DNA of 64,000 nucleotides from an uncultured delta proteobacterium. GTDB lineage: Bacteria; Desulfobacterota; Syntrophia; Syntrophales; Smithellaceae. The DNA lies in NCBI GenBank assembly GCA_963753975.1, contig CAVWEH010000002.1, positions 544,001-608,000 on the forward strand. The letters run 5' to 3'. Below are positions 1 to 10,589 of the stretch, piece by piece; position 1 is the stretch's first letter; every line of letters starts with the position of its first letter. The notes under the pieces were generated by a model. It saw only the letters and a program-made list of their open reading frames with translations. It did no database searches and was not told the origin of the DNA. Made by a program: the position numbers and the translations under genes.

Positions 1-44
1 TCATATCCGTAGTGTCCGGGGTCCGATTCCCTGCACCGCCACCA
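1..44 (+). tRNA. tRNA-Met(CAT), 3' part (5' half lies outside the window)
   Basis: T-CAT-AT anticodon loop, T-stem CGGGG/CCCTG, acceptor 3' strand CACCGCC, discriminator A and encoded CCA. Confidence 0.85.
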
Positions 45-73
45 AAATATAAGCCGGCGACATGCGGTGAAAT

Positions 74-102
74 AAAAAAGGCCCTAAGAACGGGCCTTTT
101 TT
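74..102. terminator. Bidirectional intrinsic terminator
   Basis: AAAAAAGGCCC-taagaac-GGGCCTTTTTT between the tRNA and the convergent ORF 323..730. Confidence 0.8.
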
Positions 103-322
103 GATTATTGTCCGCTGGTGTGTGCAGAATAATTTATAAAACCGGCCAATATACCGATACGCCGATTAAAGCTGAACGACTTTAAAAAATAATTGACTAA
201 AAATATCAAATATGGTCCACACTATAATTATAGGTAAAGCGTCTACTTATTTATTATTACGGTCAAATTATCTAATAAGTACCACTAGTGCTATGATCAT
301 CAATCAGCATAAAAACGTCTTC

Positions 323-730
323 CTATTTTATCACTGATTCTTTCTTCAGCGTCAATGCCGCGTAATACTTGCTATTATCTTCCGCCTGATGAACAATTAA
401 TCCCGCTTCTTTTGACGGATAAATAAACTGACATTTCATGCCTTGCTTGTTGTAAAAATAAGGCGTCTTCCCTTCTTCATAAATGACCGCTGCCGGATAC
501 CCGTGATATCTATACAACCTTTTCCATTCACGTCTGGCATTTTCCTGCTTGAAATATGTTTCCAATTCCTGCTTGTGAGCAACAGCCGAAGGTGATTGCA
601 TATAGAGGTAAGACGTGGCACCGAGAAATACAAAAACTAAAAGCATAGTTGCCATAATAGTGATGTTGAGACTGTATAACCGCAGTTGATCGCAAAATGT
701 TCGCCAATTTCTTTTAATATTCATCAACAT
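323..730 (-). CDS. Hypothetical protein with one N-terminal TM segment
   Basis: 135-aa ORF, GGAGG RBS upstream, hydrophobic stretch ITIMATMLLVFVFLG. Confidence 0.6.
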   Translation of the reverse strand: MLMNIKRNWRTFCDQLRLYSLNITIMATMLLVFVFLGATSYLYMQSPSAVAHKQELETYFKQENARREWKRLYRYHGYPAAVIYEEGKTPYFYNKQGMKCQFIYPSKEAGLIVHQAEDNSKYYAALTLKKESVIK

Positions 731-913
731 AATGTGACCTCCTTCTCTAAGTTATAGATGCAAACATCGTCAACAAAGCCATCGTCGATATAATTATTCT
801 CTTCATCAAGCTTCCTTATGATAAAGATTTTTTTTACTTATGCGGCAATTAAAAAATATCAAGGTACCCACCTTGGCTCAATGCAAACCGCGAATTCTCT
901 TCTTTCATGACCT

Positions 914-1114
914 TCAAGGAAGCGGACCGGATGAAGCGATCGTCGGTGACGACTCCATGCGCTTGTCCGAAAGAACATTATCATGATAGATTAGTCCCCA
1001 GAGCGCGGCAAACAAAATAATGCTGGCACCCAGGATCGCCGCAGCAGCCATGCCGTCAACGATTTCGCCTAAGAATCTATCGAAGCTTTTGTATCGTTCC
1101 TGTGTTGACTTCAT
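914..1114 (-). CDS. Small hypothetical membrane protein
   Basis: 66-aa ORF, AGGAG RBS, one hydrophobic helix. Confidence 0.5.
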   Translation of the reverse strand: MKSTQERYKSFDRFLGEIVDGMAAAAILGASIILFAALWGLIYHDNVLSDKRMESSPTIASSGPLP

Positions 1115-1538
1115 CTTTCTTCTCCTGCACTTTTCCTAAAAAAACTTTTGGGACCGACTCTTTTGATCTTGCCTTCAGACTACTTCATGTAGTCTTTTTC
1201 ATTTTTAGGATAAATAACATAAAGACAAATGGCAACAATAGTTAACTGTATGCTTAATGGTAAGTAAATCCTACCCCAGCGTCTGGACGCTAAGACGCCT
1301 TCGTGCGGACCTCCGCCGCAGCACGCATTCGATTGCCTGTTGCATTCAGACGTCTTTCCGGCTATTATAACAACAACAGGATTTTGTTTTCTGCGAGCTC
1401 ATCCTTTAATATTTCGGGTATCGTGGAAAGGTAAATCTTAATCAGTATACTGAGTACTTCCAATGACAATTCGACGGTGATGCGACGGCAAAAAATTAGA
1501 ACTGGGCAATATACTCAAAGCGTTTTAATTAGTAGCTT

Positions 1539-2519
1539 ATGGTCGAAAGGGAATCAAAATACGATAATATTAATTTTAATCCCTGTATCTTGGTCAGGAA
1601 CCCGCACATACAATCTATTCTGGCCAGTTCCAGATTGCGCACGCCTCACAAAAATTACATGCGGGACAATTCTCAAGAGATAATTATCACCACTTCTGTC
1701 GGATCAAAGTTGCTTTCTTTTTACGCACGTCACGAAGCAAGCAAAGGTTTGATTATCTTATTGCATGGCTGGGAAGGTTCTTCTTCATCTGCTTACATAC
1801 TCGCATCAGGGGCATTTTTTTATAATCTGGGATTTTCCGTTTGCCGCTTGAATTTAAGGGACCATGGTGATTCACATCATCTAAACGAAGGGCTTTTCCA
1901 TGGAGCGCTGTTAGATGAAACGTTTGATGCAGTAAATCAACTAGCACAGTTGGAAAAGGATTCACCTGCATATATAATCGGCTTTTCTATGGGCGGTAAT
2001 TTTGCCTTGCGTATCGCCGGGAAACACTCCCGTATTCCTATACAAAATCTAAAAAGTGTCTTTGCCGTAAGCCCGCCCCTTGACCCTTATAAAACGACGT
2101 TGGCTATCGACAACGCCTACTTCTTTTATCGCCAGTATTTCCTGAAGAAATGGAAACGTTCTTTAATCAAGAAGCAGCAACTTTTCCCGCAAAAGTATGA
2201 TTTCAGCAAAATGCTGCGGACAAAAACCTGCATGGAGTTGACGGAAGCTGTTATGCCTTACTTTCCGGAGTTCCCATCATATCGAGACTATTTTAATTTA
2301 TACACGTTGAAAAATGATTTCTTTCAAAACTTTACTGTACCCGTTAAAATATTTATTGCGGCAGATGATCCGGTGATTCCCCAAGAAAACTATTACAGTT
2401 TACAGGAAAATAATTTTTTTCAAATTTTCAGGCATAGCTTCGGCGGTCATTGCGGATTTATCGATTTATTCCCGTTAGGCTGCTGGTATAACAAAATAAT
2501 CGCGGATATTATAAATTAA
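1539..2519 (+). CDS. Alpha/beta-fold hydrolase (YheT-like)
   Basis: NPHIQS, LLHGWEGSS, GFSMGG nucleophile elbow, DDPVIP, GGHCGF. Confidence 0.9.
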   Translation: MVERESKYDNINFNPCILVRNPHIQSILASSRLRTPHKNYMRDNSQEIIITTSVGSKLLSFYARHEASKGLIILLHGWEGSSSSAYILASGAFFYNLGFSVCRLNLRDHGDSHHLNEGLFHGALLDETFDAVNQLAQLEKDSPAYIIGFSMGGNFALRIAGKHSRIPIQNLKSVFAVSPPLDPYKTTLAIDNAYFFYRQYFLKKWKRSLIKKQQLFPQKYDFSKMLRTKTCMELTEAVMPYFPEFPSYRDYFNLYTLKNDFFQNFTVPVKIFIAADDPVIPQENYYSLQENNFFQIFRHSFGGHCGFIDLFPLGCWYNKIIADIIN

Positions 2520-2530
2520 TTTGGACATTT

Positions 2531-3373
2531 ATGGATCTATCTCTTTTCCACGAAAAGGACATATTCCCCTCTTTTGTGACCGCTAAATTAGCAGCGTCAA
2601 CGATCGATTATAAAGAAAAGCATTCTTTAATAACAAAGGCCAACAGGACAGATTGGCCTCATCTTGAAGCTGGAGTCGTCCTTTTGCTTCATTACAAATC
2701 AAATCAAAAAAAGTCAGAATACGTTTTTCAACTAATTAAACGTTCGCAAAAAGTCACTCAAGCCGGCGACATCAGTTGTCCGGGTGGTATTTTGCATCCG
2801 AGAATTGATAAAATTCTCAGCTATTTTTTGAAAACAGGAATAATTTCCGACCAGCGAAAAAAAATTTTAAATTACGATGCGTGTCAGGACAAAGAAACAA
2901 ATTCTTTAATTCGACTTTTTTTAACTAACGCTCTAAGAGAAGCTTGGGAGGAAATTGGTTTAATTCCATTTAACATCTCATTTTTAGGCGCCCTACCCTG
3001 CTATTCTTTAACTTCATTTGCCATAACAATTTACCCTCTGGTCTGTCTCACCTCTAAGCCTTTTAGATATAAATTAAGTTCGGAAGTGGATAAAATTTTG
3101 GAAATTCCCCTTAGTTTTTTCTTTCAAAGCTCTAACTATGCTTCGTTGGAAATTGAAGCGGCGATGGGAAATATATCTTCCCGCCAGACCAATAAATTTC
3201 CCTGCCTAGTCATTCCCGATGACCGGGGAAACATTGATATTCTTTGGGGTGCGACTTTTAATATTATTACGAATTTTTTGGCTATCGTTTCCGATAATAG
3301 TTTGCCCTTCCCTTCCTCTTCCAGAACAATTAAAAAAGTTTTGTCCAACAATTATATTTCCGGAAATCGCTGA
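2531..3373 (+). CDS. Nudix CoA pyrophosphatase (NudL-like)
   Basis: KRS..V.QAGDISCPGG, ALREAWEEIG Nudix box, LWGAT. Confidence 0.85.
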   Translation: MDLSLFHEKDIFPSFVTAKLAASTIDYKEKHSLITKANRTDWPHLEAGVVLLLHYKSNQKKSEYVFQLIKRSQKVTQAGDISCPGGILHPRIDKILSYFLKTGIISDQRKKILNYDACQDKETNSLIRLFLTNALREAWEEIGLIPFNISFLGALPCYSLTSFAITIYPLVCLTSKPFRYKLSSEVDKILEIPLSFFFQSSNYASLEIEAAMGNISSRQTNKFPCLVIPDDRGNIDILWGATFNIITNFLAIVSDNSLPFPSSSRTIKKVLSNNYISGNR

Positions 3374-3378
3374 TCTTT

Positions 3379-4053
3379 ATGGCTGTAATAAAAATTAAAG
3401 GTATTCCCGTAGAAACTATAATTTTCGATTTTGACGGAACACTGGCAAAATTAAATATTGATTTTAAACAGATGCGCGATGCTGTCCTGAAACTTATTTT
3501 TTCTTACGGTATTGCGCGACATAATTTGCAAACTGATTTTATTTTAGAAATGATTAACGCAGCCAAAAATATATTGTCCCGGAACTCACCTCAAAAAGCT
3601 GAAACATTTACTAATAAAGCAATCAAAATAATTGAAGCTATGGAAATAGAAGCAGCTATCAATGGTGAATTATTCCCCCAAACAAAAGAATTATTCACCC
3701 GTCTTAACTTAGCCGGAATTTCCACCGGAGTGATAACTAGAAACTGTGAGAAGGCCGTAAAAACTGTATTCCCCGATATCCTATCTTATTGCGAGGTAGT
3801 TGTCTGTCGCGATAAAGTAAAAAACGTTAAACCTCATCCTGACCATTTAAATAAAGCCCTGCAGATGCTAAACAGTTCGGCCAATACTACTTTGATGATC
3901 GGTGATCACCCTTTAGATATTCAAACCGGTCGTAACACGGGAACCCGTACAGCAGGTGTACTCACCGGACACTTCCGGAAGTCTGATTTTTTAAATGCCG
4001 GAGCCGATCTGATACTATATAAGGCCGGCGATTTATTAAATATGATAAATTAA
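3379..4053 (+). CDS. HAD-family hydrolase (phosphoglycolate phosphatase-like)
   Basis: FDFDGTL motif I, KPHPD, IGDHPLD. Confidence 0.9.
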   Translation: MAVIKIKGIPVETIIFDFDGTLAKLNIDFKQMRDAVLKLIFSYGIARHNLQTDFILEMINAAKNILSRNSPQKAETFTNKAIKIIEAMEIEAAINGELFPQTKELFTRLNLAGISTGVITRNCEKAVKTVFPDILSYCEVVVCRDKVKNVKPHPDHLNKALQMLNSSANTTLMIGDHPLDIQTGRNTGTRTAGVLTGHFRKSDFLNAGADLILYKAGDLLNMIN

Positions 4054-4343
4054 TTTTCGTCTAAACCCTTGTGATTTTATCTGTTTATATCCGCTCTCCA
4101 CTATTATTTATTGCCTATTTACCATTATTTTTTTGTATTATTTTATTCGACAGGATGCATAATTTAAACTTATTTTATTATTTAAATATATGATTCTTAT
4201 CGGCAAACCTGACGTAGAGCATCTCTTAAGAGGCGATATAATTTTGTTTTTAGCCGAAATAATAATTGTAAATTTTGCTGCAAACAATTAAAGTATGCGT
4301 AGATTCCGCACACTGCAATTTAATCAATAGTTGAGACAATTTT

Positions 4344-6239
4344 ATGAAATTAGAAAGCCCTCAAAAATATCTTGCCACCTATAAGAAAGATTACCCTGAA
4401 AAATTCGCTGTAGAAAATGAAATCTTTAAGCACATTCGCCGCGGCGACCATATTTTTGTTGCCTCCGGATGCGGCGAACCACAATATCTTGTCCAAGCAA
4501 TGACAAGCTATGTCGAATCGCATCCGAAAGCCTTTTTTGATGCCGAAATTATCCATGTTTACTCTTTAGGCATTGCTCCCTATACTGACGCCAAATATAA
4601 AGCAAACTTCCGCCATAACTCTTTTTTTATTGGTAATAATACTCGCGATCCCATCAACAAAGGTTTGGCTGATTATACGCCTATTTCTCTTTCGCATGTT
4701 CCTTCATTATTATATAGTGGTGTAATCCGCATTGACATAGCGCTGATACAAACTTCTCTGCCCGACGATCATGGCTACTTTAGCCTTGGCGTCAGCGTGG
4801 ACATAGTAAAGGCCGCTACGGAAAAGGCGGCAATTGTTATTGCACAAGTAAACGCCAATATGCCCCGAATTCACGGTGATGGTTTTATTCATATTAAAGA
4901 TGTAGATTTTATTATTCCCTATGATGAGCCGCTCTTGGAGGTAACAGGTGCAAAAACAAGCGAAGCTATTCAAAGAATCGGTAAAAACGTAGCGCGCTTA
5001 GTGCAGGATGGCGACACCATTCAAGTGGGATTCGGCAGCCTGCCCAATGCCATAATGGCCAATTTGTATAATAAAAATAATCTGGGAGTTCATACGGAAC
5101 TTTTAAGCGATGGTCTGGTGGATTTAATCAAAGCCGGGGTTATCGACAATTCCAGAAAAACCATTGACCGCGGAAAAACAACTGCCGCTTTCAGCATGGG
5201 GAAAAAAGCCACCTATGACTTTCTTAATGACAATCCTTCCATAAATTTCCGGACAATCGACTATACAAATAATCCGTTAGTTATTGCCCAAATAGAAAAC
5301 ATGGTTGCAATTAACAGCGCTCTGGAAATAGACCTCACCGGACAAGCCACTTCGGAATCGATTGGCAGCATTTTTTATAGCGGCGTCGGCGGGCATCAAG
5401 ATTTTATGAGAGGATCATTACTTTCCAAAAACGGCAAAACCGTTCTTGCTATGAAAGCTACTTCTCATGACGACACTATTTCCCGCATTGTTCCGGCCCT
5501 GAAAGAACAAGCGGGAGTAACTCTCAATCGTGGTGATGTCCGCTACATAGTAACGGAATACGGCATTGCGTACTTGCATGGAAAAAACATCCGGGAACGC
5601 GCTATGGAATTGATTTCTATAGCTCACCCCAAGTTCCGCCCATTGCTGATTGAAGAAGCCAAAAAACGCGGTCTGATTTTTAAAGACCAAGCTTTTATTC
5701 CCGGAAAGCACGGTGAATATCCAGAAGAGTTGGAAACATTCCGCACCACAAAAACGGGATTACAAATATTCATGAGGCCGGTTAAAATAAGCGATGAACC
5801 TCTTCTGAAAGATTTTTTTTATTCCCTTTCCGACGCGAGTTTGCACAGACGGTTCTTCTCTATTCGTAAAGACATGCCGCATGAAAGGCTACAGGATTTT
5901 GTGGTTATTGATTACACAAAAGAAGTTCTCCTGGTAGTTATCACCGGAGATCAGGAAAACCAGCTCATAGCCGCGATCGGGCAATATGGAATAGACGAAA
6001 GCACCCATACAGCTGAAGTTGCATTTGCAGTGCGCGATGATCACCAAAACCGCGGTATCGGTTTTGAATTGTTGAAATACCTCACGTATCTTGCCAAAAG
6101 ACAGGGATTACTTGGTTTCACAGCGGAAGTTCTTATCGATAATGAACCCATGTTGCATGTTTTTGAAAAAGGCGGATTCGATATGAAAAAAAGAGCTGAC
6201 AGCGGCGTTTACGATTTAATGCTTAAGTTTAAAATATAA
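4344..6239 (+). CDS. Acetyl-CoA hydrolase/CoA-transferase fused to a C-terminal GNAT domain
   Basis: GCGEPQ, GVHTEL, AINSALEIDLTGQ, SGVGGHQDF, VTEYGIA; C-terminal AEVAFAVRDDHQNRGIG. Confidence 0.9.
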   Translation: MKLESPQKYLATYKKDYPEKFAVENEIFKHIRRGDHIFVASGCGEPQYLVQAMTSYVESHPKAFFDAEIIHVYSLGIAPYTDAKYKANFRHNSFFIGNNTRDPINKGLADYTPISLSHVPSLLYSGVIRIDIALIQTSLPDDHGYFSLGVSVDIVKAATEKAAIVIAQVNANMPRIHGDGFIHIKDVDFIIPYDEPLLEVTGAKTSEAIQRIGKNVARLVQDGDTIQVGFGSLPNAIMANLYNKNNLGVHTELLSDGLVDLIKAGVIDNSRKTIDRGKTTAAFSMGKKATYDFLNDNPSINFRTIDYTNNPLVIAQIENMVAINSALEIDLTGQATSESIGSIFYSGVGGHQDFMRGSLLSKNGKTVLAMKATSHDDTISRIVPALKEQAGVTLNRGDVRYIVTEYGIAYLHGKNIRERAMELISIAHPKFRPLLIEEAKKRGLIFKDQAFIPGKHGEYPEELETFRTTKTGLQIFMRPVKISDEPLLKDFFYSLSDASLHRRFFSIRKDMPHERLQDFVVIDYTKEVLLVVITGDQENQLIAAIGQYGIDESTHTAEVAFAVRDDHQNRGIGFELLKYLTYLAKRQGLLGFTAEVLIDNEPMLHVFEKGGFDMKKRADSGVYDLMLKFKI

Positions 6240-6264
6240 CTTATTTTAGAAAGATTTATATTTG

Positions 6265-7605
6265 ATGAATCCCAATGTATTTCGTGAATATGATGTTAGA
6301 GGTGTTGTTGACAAAGACTTAAATGAAGAATTCGTTTTCAATCTGGGACGGGCTATCGGCACTTATGCCATCCGGTACAAAATAAAAAAAATGACGATCG
6401 GGCGCGATTGCCGCCTCAGCTCGGAAGCTTATCATAATTTTTTAATTCAAGGCCTTAATCACTCCGGTATTGATATAATTGATATTGGTCTTTGCGCTAC
6501 TCCCATGCTCTACTTCTCCATCCACCATCTTCATACTGGCGGAGGGGTAATGGTCACAGGCAGCCATAATCCACCTGAATTTAATGGCTTTAAGATTTGC
6601 ATCGGCCCCGACACTATTTACGGAAATCAAGTTCAAGAATTAAGAAAAATCATGGAAAGTGAACAATATTCGACAGGTATTGCGTCTTCAGCGCTTCAAG
6701 ATATTACTCCTGCTTATCAAAACTGCATTTTTGACAATGTTAAAATTACCCGGAAAATCAAAGTTGTAGTTGATGCCGGCAACGGTGTCGGCGGTTATTT
6801 TGCTCTTCCACTTCTAGAACGTTTTGGCTGTGAAGTTATTCCGATTAATTGCGAGCCTGACGGCCGCTTCCCTCATCATTTTCCCGATCCCACTGTGAAA
6901 GAAAATTTAGCCCAACTGATTAAATTAGTGGGTAACGAAAAGACGGATTTAGGGATAGCCTTTGACGGTGATGCCGACCGTCTCGGTGTAATCAGCGATA
7001 AAGGTGAAATCATCTGGGGTGACAAACTCCTGCTGCTTTTTTCCCGTTATATTCTCAAGGAAAAACCGAATTCCACAATAATTGGCGAAGTTAAGTGTTC
7101 TCAGGTTTTATTCGATGATATTAAAAAGCATTCCGGCCGGGCGATTATGTGGAAAGCAGGGCACTCGTTGATTAAGGCTAAAATGAAAGAAGAAAAAGCC
7201 GTATTAGGCGGAGAAATGAGCGGGCATTTCTTTTTTGCCGATCGCTATTTCGGATATGATGACGCTATTTACGCGGCAGTCAGGTTATTGGAAATTCTCT
7301 CCAAGACGGGAGAAAAATTAAGCACTCTGCTTTCCGATATCCCGCAAACTTATTCTACTCCGGAAATCAGAATTGATTGCCCCGATAACAAAAAAGCGGA
7401 AGTTGTGGAAAAAATTAAAAAACATTTCCGGAACAGTCCCGGCATGGTTGATATTGATGGAGTGCGCATCCCTTTTAAGGACGGATGGGCGCTTGTACGT
7501 TCTTCCAACACTCAGCCGGTAATTGTTATGCGTTTTGAAGCCTCTTCCGCGAAAAGTTTGCAAAAAATCCGTAAAGAAGTGGAAGCCGTCCTAACGATTC
7601 AATAA
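6265..7605 (+). CDS. algC: Phosphomannomutase/phosphoglucomutase
   Basis: FREYDVRG, TGSHNP, DGDADR, GEMSGH. Confidence 0.92.
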   Translation: MNPNVFREYDVRGVVDKDLNEEFVFNLGRAIGTYAIRYKIKKMTIGRDCRLSSEAYHNFLIQGLNHSGIDIIDIGLCATPMLYFSIHHLHTGGGVMVTGSHNPPEFNGFKICIGPDTIYGNQVQELRKIMESEQYSTGIASSALQDITPAYQNCIFDNVKITRKIKVVVDAGNGVGGYFALPLLERFGCEVIPINCEPDGRFPHHFPDPTVKENLAQLIKLVGNEKTDLGIAFDGDADRLGVISDKGEIIWGDKLLLLFSRYILKEKPNSTIIGEVKCSQVLFDDIKKHSGRAIMWKAGHSLIKAKMKEEKAVLGGEMSGHFFFADRYFGYDDAIYAAVRLLEILSKTGEKLSTLLSDIPQTYSTPEIRIDCPDNKKAEVVEKIKKHFRNSPGMVDIDGVRIPFKDGWALVRSSNTQPVIVMRFEASSAKSLQKIRKEVEAVLTIQ

Positions 7606-7737
7606 ATTCAAGCTAAACTGCTTTATCTTATTATTTTTTTATTGAATATTTTTTATTATTGTGTAATCTAGTAATAAATTGTTTGGACAACAATCAAGGC
7701 ATTATCGGAAGCAACTGCAGGGCAAGGAGGTTTATTT

Positions 7738-8928
7738 ATGAAGATTGTGCATCGCTTGTTACTCGTTTTGTTGATTAGTGTGTTTTTATTTGGTTGCGGC
7801 AGCAAGAAAGGCAGCACTACGGAAGGAAAGCTTGTCGACGGGCAAGGGCATCCACTTTCGGGAATAAGTGTTACTCTTAAACAAGTTCGACCTGTAGCGG
7901 GCTATGAACAACTCGAGGAAAAAACGGGCATCGATGGTATATTCCGCGTATCCGGCCTAATGCCTGATTCTGAATACATTATTACACCGGTATCCGATAA
8001 ATGGACTACAAAGGTAACGATGAAAATTACTGCCGGGAAAGAGGGGCAACCGCTAGTTTTAAGTAACCCTATTATCATTCGTTTTAATATGCTGCCGAAT
8101 GGAACTATTATCGACACAAAAACCGGTTTACAATGGCTGATCTACACGGCCACCGACATTAGTGCCGGCAATGTAATAAATACGGTAAAAACCATCAGCG
8201 AAGGGGGCTTCAATGACTGGAGGCTTCCCACAAAAGCGGAGCTTTCAGGTTTACAGGATAAAATAACCTCTCCAACAGAACAATCGGACTCTCCGTCCGT
8301 TAACGAAGTCTGCTGTGCTTGGACAGCCCCGCGCAATTCAGAAAAAATTGAATGGGAATTCTATGTTGATGATGGTAATGAACTTTGGACCTCCAGTAAG
8401 ATGCCGCCAAATGATAGAATCGTTATCGTCAGGAATTATAGTGAAATTCCCGCAACGGCCCAGGCTCCAACCGTGGCAGTACCCTCTCCTGTTGTTGTCC
8501 CTCAACCGCAAGCGGCGGCTTCCCCTGCTCCTGCAGCTGTTAGTGCACCGGCTGTATCAGAAAAGAAGGACGCAGCTGGTGCCGTGCCAGCCGGCAATAC
8601 TGTAATTGTTCGCTTCGATCCCAAGAAGGCAACAATAAATGCCGAAGATTTAGCCGCATTAAAAGTCTTTTATACTAAAATTAAAGATACATCCGGAAGA
8701 ATACTTATTGAAGGTCATTCTGATGCGGGCGGAACTGCAATGACTACCATGAAAAATTCTGTTGATCTTGCGCTTTCCACGTTGTCTCTCTTAAAGAAAA
8801 TGGGTTTGAGCGACAAAGCAAAAGTGGAATTAAAGGGTATGGGGGATACAAAGCCGGTAGCCGATAATAAGACGCCTGAAGGCCGACAACAAAACCGCCG
8901 CGTGGAACTGACCTTCATCCCCGAATAA
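7738..8928 (+). CDS. Lipoprotein with a carboxypeptidase-regulatory-like domain, DUF1566/Lcl-like domain, Pro/Ala linker and OmpA-like domain
   Basis: Lipobox LFGC; DTKTGLQW...DWRLPT; C-terminal IEGHSD...NRRVE. Confidence 0.8.
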   Translation: MKIVHRLLLVLLISVFLFGCGSKKGSTTEGKLVDGQGHPLSGISVTLKQVRPVAGYEQLEEKTGIDGIFRVSGLMPDSEYIITPVSDKWTTKVTMKITAGKEGQPLVLSNPIIIRFNMLPNGTIIDTKTGLQWLIYTATDISAGNVINTVKTISEGGFNDWRLPTKAELSGLQDKITSPTEQSDSPSVNEVCCAWTAPRNSEKIEWEFYVDDGNELWTSSKMPPNDRIVIVRNYSEIPATAQAPTVAVPSPVVVPQPQAAASPAPAAVSAPAVSEKKDAAGAVPAGNTVIVRFDPKKATINAEDLAALKVFYTKIKDTSGRILIEGHSDAGGTAMTTMKNSVDLALSTLSLLKKMGLSDKAKVELKGMGDTKPVADNKTPEGRQQNRRVELTFIPE

Positions 8929-8951
8929 AAATAATTAACTTGTTATAGACG

Positions 8952-8986
8952 AAAGCTCGCTGATTCGGCTTGCAGTGAGCTTTTTT
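8952..8986 (+). terminator. Intrinsic terminator
   Basis: AAAGCTCGCTG...CAGTGAGCTTTTTT just after the OmpA-domain gene. Confidence 0.7.
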
Positions 8987-9179
8987 ATTAGCGCAGATAT
9001 AAGATAGCGTGACTTGAAGACATATATAAGATTGTCTGAGCAAGAATGACCGTTAAAAAACCTTGCCCCGACGCCTAAGGGGCAGGCAATTTTATCCAGA
9101 TATATTTTCTTTATAGCAAACTCATACTTCATTTTTTTGACAGCACGATCGTACTCTAACTATTTCCAATGAGAAAATA

Positions 9180-9256
9180 TGGTCGGGGCGGCAGGATTTG
9201 AACCTGCGACATCCTGCTCCCAAAGCAGGCGCGCTACCAGGCTGCGCTACGCCCCG
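9180..9256 (-). tRNA. tRNA-Pro(TGG)
   Basis: CGGGGCGTAGCGCAGCCTGGTAGCGCGCCTGCT-T-TGG-GAGCAGG...GGTTCAAATCC...CCCCGACCA. Confidence 0.97.
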
Positions 9257-9858
9257 ATTTTTAAATTTTTTGATTTTTCCTGCAGGCTTTTTTTAAGTTG
9301 GGCAAATGCCTGCCCACGATGGCTTACTTTATTTTTGATTTTCGCTGACAATTCGGCCGCGGTCATTTTTAATTCCGGCACCATAAAAACAGGATCATAA
9401 CCGAATCCATTATTGCCGCGCGGTTCATCAATAATTCGTCCGCGCCATTTACCTTCAAAACAATCATAACTGCCATCTATTCTGTAGAGCACCAGCACAC
9501 AGAAAAAAGTGGCTCCTCTCTTTTCCTGTGGAATTCCTTTTAATCTGGCAATAAGCTTAGCAATATTCTCCTCATCAGTGGCGTTTTCTCCGGCATAACG
9601 CGAAGAATGAATTCCCGGTTCACCTCCCAATACATCCACTTGCAATCCGGAATCGTCAGCCAAAACTGTTTCGCCGGTAAATTCCGAGACTATCTTTGCT
9701 TTTTTCAGCGCATTGGCGAAGAAACTGTTTCCATCTTCAACAATCTCCGGGGCATTATCATAATTATTTAAGGAAACCAATTTTACATCTAGCTCTTGAA
9801 GCATAGCCCTAATTTCTTTTACTTTTCCTTCATTACGGGAAGCAAATACTATTTTCAA
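9247..9858 (-). CDS. rdgB: dITP/XTP pyrophosphatase
   Basis: ASRNEGK, ADDSGL, GFGYDP, SHRG; downstream of rph. Confidence 0.95.
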   Translation of the reverse strand: MKIVFASRNEGKVKEIRAMLQELDVKLVSLNNYDNAPEIVEDGNSFFANALKKAKIVSEFTGETVLADDSGLQVDVLGGEPGIHSSRYAGENATDEENIAKLIARLKGIPQEKRGATFFCVLVLYRIDGSYDCFEGKWRGRIIDEPRGNNGFGYDPVFMVPELKMTAAELSAKIKNKVSHRGQAFAQLKKSLQEKSKNLKIGA

Positions 9859-10586
9859 TGCGTCAGATCCCCTACAATTTCTTTTTGCCGGGCAATGATC
9901 TTTTGAATGCCTCCGGACGCCAGATCGGTCATCTTGTTTAATTGTTCCTTATTAAAAGGAACATGCTCTGCTGTGCCCTGTACCTCGATTATGAGACCGG
10001 ACCCGGTCATGACAAAATTCATATCCACATCGGCCTGCGAATCTTCCGTATATTCCAAATCAAGAAGAATTTGATTATCGACTATTCCGACACTGATCGC
10101 TGACACAAAATCGCTGATGGGAATTTCTTTTACCAGGCTATCTTGCTTTAATCTTTTAAATAAATCTACCAGGGCTACAAAACCGCCCGTAATTGACGCG
10201 GTTCTGGTGCCACCATCAGCCTGAATTACATCGCAATCTACATAAACAGTTTTTTCACCAAAATCAGCCAACTTGGTCACCGCTCTCAATGATCTGCCGA
10301 TCAGCCTTTGGATTTCATGCGTTCGGCCGCCCAAACGTCCACGAGAAGATTCCCTTACGGTTCTAGTTTGAGTGGACATGGGCAGCATGGAATATTCGGC
10401 TGTTAACCACCCTTTCCCCGTATTTTTTAAGAAGGGTGCAGGTTTGTCCTCCAAATAGGCGGTGCAAATTACCTTGGTATTGCCGAACTCCACCAAAACA
10501 GAACCGGCAGCACTTTTTAAATAATTATTGGTTATTCTGATGGGTCTTAGTTCATCAAATTTTCTACCTGAACTTCTTTTATTCAC
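9855..10586 (-). CDS. rph: Ribonuclease PH
   Basis: [26 protein letters not shown]. Confidence 0.97.
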   Translation of the reverse strand: MNKRSSGRKFDELRPIRITNNYLKSAAGSVLVEFGNTKVICTAYLEDKPAPFLKNTGKGWLTAEYSMLPMSTQTRTVRESSRGRLGGRTHEIQRLIGRSLRAVTKLADFGEKTVYVDCDVIQADGGTRTASITGGFVALVDLFKRLKQDSLVKEIPISDFVSAISVGIVDNQILLDLEYTEDSQADVDMNFVMTGSGLIIEVQGTAEHVPFNKEQLNKMTDLASGGIQKIIARQKEIVGDLTH

Positions 10587-10589
10587 AAA

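Noticed and set aside
4200..4260. c-di-GMP-I riboswitch-like TCGGCAAACC...GCCGA upstream of the CoA-transferase
   Set aside because: Lacks the GNRA-capped P2 and a recognisable P3; would need an Infernal hit
9179..9400. 73-aa [15 protein letters not shown]...
   Set aside because: Antisense translation of tRNA-Pro
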